Assembly (NCBI GenBank): GCA_963555825.3
Contig: CAUVXB020000002.1
Location: forward strand, 1,504,001 to 1,568,000
DNA length: 64,000 bases
DNA from: Alphaproteobacteria bacterium
GTDB lineage: Bacteria > Pseudomonadota > Alphaproteobacteria > JAAXGF01
Direction of reading: 5' to 3'
Under the pieces are notes generated by a model, which worked only from the letters and a program-made list of their open reading frames with translations, ran no database searches and was not told where the DNA came from. This document shows, one piece after another, positions 57,313 to 64,000 of the stretch (positions within the stretch are counted from its first letter, which is position 1; the number at the start of each line of letters is the position of its first letter). The position numbers and the translations under genes were made by a program.

Positions 57313-58341
57313 ATGGTCAAGGTCTATTTCGGCACCAACAGGAAACCCAACCGGAAGAAGGCGCCCGACGATTTCGGGTGGGGCTTTAGCGAGGCGGGTC
57401 TCGCCAGCCTGCGGTTCGGCATGGCCGAGGTCACCGGGGGAAATCTGGATAACTACGATCTCTATCTTGCGCCCGAGCGGCTGCGCAAGGACGTCGAGCG
57501 CAAGATCAAGGGCGGCAAAGGCTCGGTTCTGGGCAGTCTCAACGTCTTCGAACGCGTCCGCGACAAGATGATCGGGCATGCGCGCGACACGGTGGTCTTC
57601 ATCCATGGCTACAACGTCAGCTTCAAGCAGGCACTGACCAGCGCCGCCGAGTTGAAGCGCAACTTCTCGACCGCACGGGGTGGGCCGGGCGTCAACGTCG
57701 TGCTGTTCTCGTGGCCGTCGGACGGCTCGATGATGCCCTTCATCGCCTATGCCAACGACCGCCAGGACGCGGCGGCCTCGGGGCCCGCCTTCGCGCGCGG
57801 CTTGCTGAAACTCGCCGATTTTCTGCGCGGTTCCAGGCCCGTCGAGGCCTGCGACCAGCGTGTCCACCTGGTCGCGCATTCGATGGGCAATTATGTCCTG
57901 CGCCATGCCGTCCAGGAGATCGTGGCGCATTCGCCCGGACGACCGGTGCGCATCTTCGATCAGGTGTTCCTGATGGCCGCCGACGAGGACGACGACGCCT
58001 TCGAATACGCCCACAAGCTGAAACCGCTGCCGCGACTCGCCAAGCGCGTCAACGTCTACTTCAACAACGAGGACGCCGGGATGGCGATCTCGGACAAGAC
58101 CAAGGGCAACCCGGACCGCCTCGGCGACGATGGCCCGCGCGTGCCGCGCGGCATCCCGGGCAAGGTCACGTTGGTCGACTGCACGCCGGTCGTCGAGGGC
58201 CTCGTCGAGCACTCGTATTATCTCGATACACCGACCGTCGTCGGCGATATGCAGAAGGTGCTCGTCGGCACGCCGTCCGACGGATTCGCCGATCGCCACT
58301 ACGTGCAGGAATCCAATCGTTACCGGCTGAAGGCGGGTTAG
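57313..58341 (+). CDS. DUF900-type alpha/beta hydrolase
   Basis: FGTNR, FIHGYN, FSWPS, AHSMG, MAAD, HSYY. Confidence 0.88.
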   Translation: MVKVYFGTNRKPNRKKAPDDFGWGFSEAGLASLRFGMAEVTGGNLDNYDLYLAPERLRKDVERKIKGGKGSVLGSLNVFERVRDKMIGHARDTVVFIHGYNVSFKQALTSAAELKRNFSTARGGPGVNVVLFSWPSDGSMMPFIAYANDRQDAAASGPAFARGLLKLADFLRGSRPVEACDQRVHLVAHSMGNYVLRHAVQEIVAHSPGRPVRIFDQVFLMAADEDDDAFEYAHKLKPLPRLAKRVNVYFNNEDAGMAISDKTKGNPDRLGDDGPRVPRGIPGKVTLVDCTPVVEGLVEHSYYLDTPTVVGDMQKVLVGTPSDGFADRHYVQESNRYRLKAG

Positions 58342-59195
58342 CCCTTGGGCACCTTGATGTCGGACTGGCGGGCGTATTCGAAGTAGGTATCGCGGGCCTG
58401 GCGGTAGATCGGGCCGGGCTGCAATTCGCGGTCCTCGATGCGCGTCACCGGAATGACCTTGGCGAAGTTGCCGGTCGAGAAGATCTCGTCGGCCGCCTTG
58501 ACCTCGTCGTAGCCGATCGTGCGCTCGACGACCTCGACGCCGGTCTCCCGCAAGAGCTTGATGACGCGCTGGCGCGTGATGCCGTTGAGGAACGCGCCGT
58601 TCCACGCCGGCGTGTGGGCGACGCCGTCCTTGGCGATCCACAGGTTCGAGGTGGCGAACTCGGCGACGTTGTTCTCGTGGTCGAGCATGACCGCGTTGTC
58701 GAAGCCCTTGTCCTGGGCCTCCTTGATCGCGAACCCGCTCATCGGATAGAGACAGGCGGCCTTGGCCATGGTCGGCGCCGTGTCGGGCGCCGGACGGCGC
58801 ATGCTCGACAACAGCACCTTCGAGCCGGTCGGCTCGGGGATCGGTTCCTCGAGCACCGTCATGACGAAGCGCGTGCTCGCCGGCTCGGCGACCAGGAAGC
58901 CCTTCTGGGGATAGAAATAGGGCCGGATGTAGAGCTCGGTCCCGGCGGCGAAGCGGGCGCAGCCGTCGAGCGCGACTTCGACCAGGTCGTCGACCGTCAT
59001 CTCGGTGGCCAGGCCGAAATGCCAGATCGAGCGCAGCATCCGCTCGCAATGCATATCGAGGTCGGGCGCGACGCCGTCGAAGGCGCGGGCGCCGTCGAAC
59101 ACGCCGGTGGCGAACCAGAAGGCCTGGTCCATCGGCCCCATGAGCGGCGGGTTGCCCTCGATCCACTTGCCGTCGATGAAATGTATCGCGGTCAT
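58338..59195 (-). CDS. Class IV (branched-chain-type) aminotransferase
   Basis: VFDGARAF, LYIRP, AKAACLY, EFATSN, FLNGITR. Confidence 0.9.
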   Translation of the reverse strand: MTAIHFIDGKWIEGNPPLMGPMDQAFWFATGVFDGARAFDGVAPDLDMHCERMLRSIWHFGLATEMTVDDLVEVALDGCARFAAGTELYIRPYFYPQKGFLVAEPASTRFVMTVLEEPIPEPTGSKVLLSSMRRPAPDTAPTMAKAACLYPMSGFAIKEAQDKGFDNAVMLDHENNVAEFATSNLWIAKDGVAHTPAWNGAFLNGITRQRVIKLLRETGVEVVERTIGYDEVKAADEIFSTGNFAKVIPVTRIEDRELQPGPIYRQARDTYFEYARQSDIKVPKG

Positions 59196-59405
59196 CGTTC
59201 CTCCCCAGTCGAAACAGTACCGACAGTCAACACGACAGAGTTGACTGTCGGAGCCCGCGACCGCGGGCCGTCGCCACTAAGGCCAATCTTGATTCGAAAA
59301 GAATGGCCAGCGTGGCGCTTGAACGCAGCAAAGTCACGAGAATCGTGGCTTTGCGTATAAGAGGTCAAACTATGCCGCCGGTAAACTTTTTCCAAGCAAC
59401 GCTTG

Positions 59406-60407
59406 TCAGGCGCCAGCGATCTCGCCCGAGGTGAAGAAGGGTGCGGTGTCGAGCGCCCGGCCCAGCGCCTCGACCGTGATGTTGGCGCCGGTCAGCATGA
59501 AGACGACGCGCTTGCCCCGAAACGCCTCGCGGCGCTGCCAGGCCGCGGCGAAGCCCGCGGCGGCGCCCGGCTCGACCAGAATATGAGCGCTTTCGACCAA
59601 CGTATGGACCGCCGCCAGGATGACCGCGTCGTCGACCAGCCAGGCGTCGTCGACCAGCGTGCGGATCGAATTGAGCGCGCGCGCCGCCGGCACCCGACAA
59701 GCGAGCCCGTCGGCGATCGTGTCGATCGGCCGCTCGACCGGCGCCCCGGCGTGATAGCTCTCGACCATGGCCGGCGAGCCCGACGACTGCACGGCGTAGA
59801 GCTTGGCGTCCGGCTGCAGGCCCTTGATGCCGGCGGCGCAGCCCGAGATCGCCGTGCCGCTGCCCATCGGCACGACCACCGCGTCGATGCCGTCGAGCGC
59901 CTCGGCCGCCTCGAGCCCCATGGGGCCGGCGCCCTCCATGACCTCGAGGCTCTCGCCGTCGTCCGGGAAGACGTGGCCGTTGGCAGCGGCGAACACCTTC
60001 GCGCGGACCTTGGCGTCGTCGAGGTCGTAGCCCTCCTCGTGCACCGTCGCGCCGAAGGCGGCGATCATCGCGCGCTTCACCGGGTTGGCCGGCTCGGCCA
60101 GGAAGATATGCGCCTCGAGGCCGGCGAGGCGGGCGGCGTAGGCGACGCCCTGGCCGTGGTTGCCGGTCGACGAGGTCACCACGCCAGTGGCCCCCTGGTC
60201 CTGCTTGGCGCGCAGCACGCCGTTGAGTCCGCCGCGCAGCTTGAACGAGGCGACCGGGCTGACCGTCTCGTTCTTGAGCCAGACCTCGGCGTCGAAGGCG
60301 CGCGAAAGGATCTCGGCGCGCACCAGCGGCGTCGGCGTAAGGTACGGCGCGAGCGTGGCGGCGGCGGCGCTGACGCCGGCGTGGCTCGGCGGTGCAATGT
60401 CGGTCAT
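59406..60407 (-). CDS. PLP-dependent threonine/serine dehydratase family
   Basis: SFKLRG, SSTGNHGQG, PMGSG, TIADGL, VEPGAA; real start ATG 60407. Confidence 0.88.
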   Translation of the reverse strand: MTDIAPPSHAGVSAAAATLAPYLTPTPLVRAEILSRAFDAEVWLKNETVSPVASFKLRGGLNGVLRAKQDQGATGVVTSSTGNHGQGVAYAARLAGLEAHIFLAEPANPVKRAMIAAFGATVHEEGYDLDDAKVRAKVFAAANGHVFPDDGESLEVMEGAGPMGLEAAEALDGIDAVVVPMGSGTAISGCAAGIKGLQPDAKLYAVQSSGSPAMVESYHAGAPVERPIDTIADGLACRVPAARALNSIRTLVDDAWLVDDAVILAAVHTLVESAHILVEPGAAAGFAAAWQRREAFRGKRVVFMLTGANITVEALGRALDTAPFFTSGEIAGA

Positions 60408-61687
60408 GGGTCGCTCCGGTAATTGTCGGGGTCGAGCAGGCCGTAGCGCGAGGTCAGCGGCCCGGCGCCGTCGATCATGCGCGCGCGAGCGATCAGCGCC
60501 GCCTTGAGTTCGGCGGCGCGCCAGTCGGGATGGGCGGCGGCGAGCCGGGCGGCCAGCGCGGTGACGCGCGGCACCGCGAAGCTCGAACCCGAGCCGGTCG
60601 TCGCCCGGCCGTGGAAATCGGTGACGGGGACGCGCTCGCCGGGCGCCAGGATGTCGACGGTGCCCTTGCCCCAGTTCGAGCCGGGCGCCGGTTGGCCGAA
60701 GCCGTCGGCCGAGCCGACCACGATCATGTTGTCGATCGTGAACGCCGCCGGATAAACCGGTTTGCGGTCGAGGTCGCGGCCGTTGTTGCCGGCCGAGACG
60801 ACGAACAGGATGTCGCCGTTGGCCCGCGCGGCCTGGGCGAAGACGTCCCAGTCGCTGGTCCGGTTGCTGCCCATCGCCAGGTTGACGATGCGCGTGCCCG
60901 CGGCCGCGGCGTCGGCGACCAGGTCGGCCCAGCGTGCCGGGTCGGGTCGGGGATAGCGGTAGACGACGAGGCGCACGCCGGGCGCTTCGCCCAGGATCGC
61001 GCTGGCGACCCGCGTGCCGTGGCGCTGCGGGAAGAACGGCGAGCGCGCCGGATTGGCGTCGAACGGTCGGTCGTCGAGGTCCCAATAGTCGTAGCCGAGC
61101 GCCCGGCCCGACGCGTCGCGCGCCAGCGCGACGGCTATCGCGGGCAGCAGGTAGTTGACGCCTGAATCGACCAGCGCGACGGTCACGCCGCCTGGATCGG
61201 TGCCCTCGGGCACGGCCGGGTTGAGCGGCTCGCGCGCGCCGGTCGGCGCCAACGCGGCGTCGAGAATCTCGATCGCCTCGGCGGTTCCCACCGCGTCGTA
61301 AATCAGCCGTCGCGCGTCGCGAACCCGGCAGTCGGGGCCGGCGATGACCGCCGCTTCGGGGCGCCGCGCGCCGCCGGTAACGCTGGCGTAGTCGGCCTCG
61401 ATGCGGCGCAGCTTGCCCCATGGCGCGAGGCGCGTGACGCGCAGTATGGCGACGTCGCCGAGCGCGAAGTCGCGGCGCCAACCGAAGACCTCCTCGCCCA
61501 TGGTCATCGGCTCGTCGGCGAGCGCGGTGGCGCCGCCGGGCAGTGCCGCGGCCATCGCGGCGGCATCCCCGGCGTCCTCGACGCAGGCCAGCGCGACGGC
61601 GGCGATCAGCGCGTCCTCGACCTCGCCGGCCTTGACGGCGAGGGGCGTGGTCAACATGAGGAATGCGGCGACAAGAGAGCGCGACAT
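60404..61687 (-). CDS. S8 subtilisin-family peptidase with signal peptide
   Basis: LVDSG, RHGT, SAGN, APG, GSSFAVP. Confidence 0.88.
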   Translation of the reverse strand: MSRSLVAAFLMLTTPLAVKAGEVEDALIAAVALACVEDAGDAAAMAAALPGGATALADEPMTMGEEVFGWRRDFALGDVAILRVTRLAPWGKLRRIEADYASVTGGARRPEAAVIAGPDCRVRDARRLIYDAVGTAEAIEILDAALAPTGAREPLNPAVPEGTDPGGVTVALVDSGVNYLLPAIAVALARDASGRALGYDYWDLDDRPFDANPARSPFFPQRHGTRVASAILGEAPGVRLVVYRYPRPDPARWADLVADAAAAGTRIVNLAMGSNRTSDWDVFAQAARANGDILFVVSAGNNGRDLDRKPVYPAAFTIDNMIVVGSADGFGQPAPGSNWGKGTVDILAPGERVPVTDFHGRATTGSGSSFAVPRVTALAARLAAAHPDWRAAELKAALIARARMIDGAGPLTSRYGLLDPDNYRSDP

Positions 61688-61791
61688 CGCACGATTATGA
61701 CCCAGCGCGCGCGTCGCGCCTAGCCATGGTGAGGAATGTCACCGCGTGGCACGGCGGGTTCCAATAGATAAGAATAGATAAGGGGACGTGA

Positions 61792-63260
61792 GAGGTCATT
61801 GCAAATCTCTGTTGATCAGCGGGCTGTTTGTCTGTCGGTTTCTGATTTTGGGTTTCCGCACTTGTCTACCGGCTTCGAATGGCGCCGATTGTTATCCGTT
61901 GGGTGATATTGGCCCGCGTTGGCGTGTTCTTCCGCGCCCGGCGGGAGCTCGATCGAGCCGTTGGAGGTAGTCGTTCGCCGTCTATTCCAGCAGCCGCACG
62001 ATCTGGATGGCGGCGATGGCGGTGAGCGCCAGAAGACAGTGGCACTCGATCTTGTCGGCGCCGCGCAAGCGGATCAGGCGGCCGGCGAAGTTGTCCTTGA
62101 AGTTGGCGTTGACGCGTTCGGCGGCACCGCGCTGCTGGTAGCGGAGATCTTCGGGCGGGTGCCAGCCGGTCGAGCGCCGCCGCTTGGCCTCGGCGAGCTG
62201 TTCGGCCTTGCGGACGGTTCCCCTCGGGTGCGGCGCGATGATCGGCACGTGGCCGAGGCTTCGGCTGTGGGCCTTGATCTCGCCCGCGTCGTAGGCGTTG
62301 TCCATCAGATCGTAGAGCGAGGTCACGCGCATCGCCGTCATGGTGGCGAGCGGGATCGCGGCCTGGCTGTCGTGCGTGTTGGCCGAGGTCAGGATGGCGG
62401 AGAGCGGGATGTCGCCGTCGGCCGTGTCGATGTGCAGCTTGTAGCCGGTCCAATGGATGCGGTAGCCCTGGGCGTTCTGCTTGACCCCCCGCGCGCAGTC
62501 GCGGGGGAGTTCGGCCGTCATCTACGCCAGGCTCTGGCCGCCCTGGCGTTGCAGGCGGCGCTCGGGCGGCGGCGTCTTCCGTTCCTTGCCCTTGCGCGGC
62601 CGGCCGCGCTTGCGCTTGGGCTCAGCTGGTGCCCGGGGCCGGCGGGCGGGGCGCTCGCGCGCCTCAATGGCGGTACTGTCGCGGGCGACGTGGCCGACCA
62701 GATGCTCGCCGTGGTGCGCCACGACCACCGCCTCCAGCAGCCGGGGGCCCAGGCGCGCGGCCGCGAACTCGGCGAAGGCACGGCTGAAGGTCGCCTCGCT
62801 CGGCAGCGTGCCCGCTCCGCCCCAGCCGCAAAGCCGCCGCAAGATCTTGTCCAGGCGCAGGCGCTCGATCAGGCCGAGCGTGTCGTCGATGTTGAAGATC
62901 GTCTTGGCGAGAAAGGCGCGAGAGAGCGCCGCGCGATCGGCACGCGGCCGGCCGGGCCGGCCATGCACATGGGGCAGGAAGCGTTCGGGCGCGCCATCTC
63001 CAGCACGGTGACGAGCTGGCGGTGGCGTTCACCGAGCGGCCCGAGTTCTTCTTGCAGGCTGGGAAACAACTCGGCTTGGATTTTTCGCCAATAGTCTGAT
63101 AGTCTCTCATCCAGAAGCATCACCCGGGGTTCCTTGTATTTTGGTCTTTCACTCAGAAGAACCATAACACAAGTCAGCCCCGGGCGCCTCGACAACCCCG
63201 CGAAAATCAGCTAAATCAAACGGATAAAATACCGTGATCAAAGGAATTTGAAATCAGCTC
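61792..63260 (-). mobile_element. IS5-like IS inserted into a REP-like palindrome
   Basis: Imperfect IRs gaggtcattgcaaat / atttgaaatcagctc; 4-bp TSD gtga (61788-61791, 63261-63264). Confidence 0.8.
61982..63120 (-). pseudogene. Transposase with a frameshift (~62975) and an in-frame TAG (62522-62524)
   Basis: MLLDERL...; GRPRAD, PSEATFSR, RDSTAIE; then GYKLH, HDSQ, MDNAYD, ERVNANFK, spread over three ORF pieces. Confidence 0.85.
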
Positions 63261-63442
63261 GTGATACTTAATTATACGGTGACAGTATATTCAACTGGTT
63301 TGAATGAAGTATCACGTCCCCTTAATTATCGACGTTGCAGCACGCGCTCTTCCGAGCCTATCCGCCGATATCCGCCGTGCCGCACCTGTCCATGGTGAGA
63401 ATTCCGGGCTATGGTCGCGCGCGACATGACGACGGATCATCC

Positions 63443-64000
63443 ATGACCGATTGGTACCGACTGGCCGGGCCGCTTTTGCGCGCGCTGCCGCCCGAAACCG
63501 CCCATCGCCTGGCCGTCCGCGCCCTGGCGGCGGGCCTCGTGCCGGCATCGCGCGGGCCCGACGATGAGGCGCTCGCGACGCGCGTTTGGGGCCTCGACTT
63601 CGCCAACCCGGTCGGCATCGCCGCCGGCTTCGACAAGGACGCCGAGGCGGTCGACGGCCTGTTCACCGCCGGCTTCGGTTCCGTCGAGGCCGGCACGGTT
63701 ACGCCCCGACCGCAGGCGGGCAACCCGAAGCCCCGATTGTTCCGCCTGACGGACGACCGCGCGTTGATCAACCGGCTCGGCTTCAACAGCCAGGGTCTCG
63801 CGCGGGTCGTGCCGCGGCTCGGTGGCGTGCGCGCCGGAATCCTCGGCATCAACATCGGCGCCAACCGCGACAGCGACGATCCGGTCGCCGATTACGTCGC
63901 CGGCTTCCAGGCGGTGTGCGACCGGGTCGACTATGTCGCGGTCAATATCTCGTCACCCAACACGCCGGGCCTGCGCGACCTGCAAACGCGCGGCAATTTC
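63443..64000 (+). CDS. pyrD: Dihydroorotate dehydrogenase (quinone), runs off the window
   Basis: [54 protein letters not shown]. Confidence 0.95.
   Translation, partial: MTDWYRLAGPLLRALPPETAHRLAVRALAAGLVPASRGPDDEALATRVWGLDFANPVGIAAGFDKDAEAVDGLFTAGFGSVEAGTVTPRPQAGNPKPRLFRLTDDRALINRLGFNSQGLARVVPRLGGVRAGILGINIGANRDSDDPVADYVAGFQAVCDRVDYVAVNISSPNTPGLRDLQTRGNF

Noticed and set aside
20318-61481. Many long antisense or alternate-frame ORFs (e.g. 53851-57192, 34350-36872, 51299-53824, 49927-50700)
   Set aside because: Shadow ORFs typical of high-GC DNA; they overlap well-supported genes or repeats and lack recognisable motifs.
62522-62524. Recoded TAG in the transposase
   Set aside because: The same gene also has a frameshift; decay is the simpler explanation.

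Overview
High-GC alphaproteobacterial chromosome segment (class I LysRS, GTTC-N7-GTTC LexA box, SAM-II riboswitches; Rhodospirillales-like is an inference). Positions 1-20.3 kb are almost entirely insertion sequences, many nested: IS110, IS1111, an IS1182-type MITE, IS1182 > IS630 > (IS256 + IS66-type), IS256 > IS1182/IS5-like, a second IS630, and IS1595 > IS21. Most ends and target duplications can be read directly; an extra ihfB and a few small ORFs lie between the elements. The most unusual element is a 3.7-kb IS66-type transposon with a long coiled-coil TnpC, no TnpA/TnpB, and a translationally coupled DUF4338 (possibly Mom-like) gene. Positions 20.6-27.3 kb hold sulfur/methionine genes under three SAM-II-like riboswitches, two of them in tandem. 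Positions 28-48.4 kb hold a methylated-amine/C1 cluster (fhs, Amt-type transporter, MttB-family methyltransferase, two GcvT-type dehydrogenases, mgsABC, GS-like ligase, FAD oxidoreductase, FadR-type regulator). The rest is mostly housekeeping (folM-folB fusion, dinG, sthA, lysS, pyrD), with several non-coding repeat families, including a 581-bp nested-hairpin element. No rRNA, tRNA or CRISPR array was seen. All family calls come from motif recognition, not database searches.
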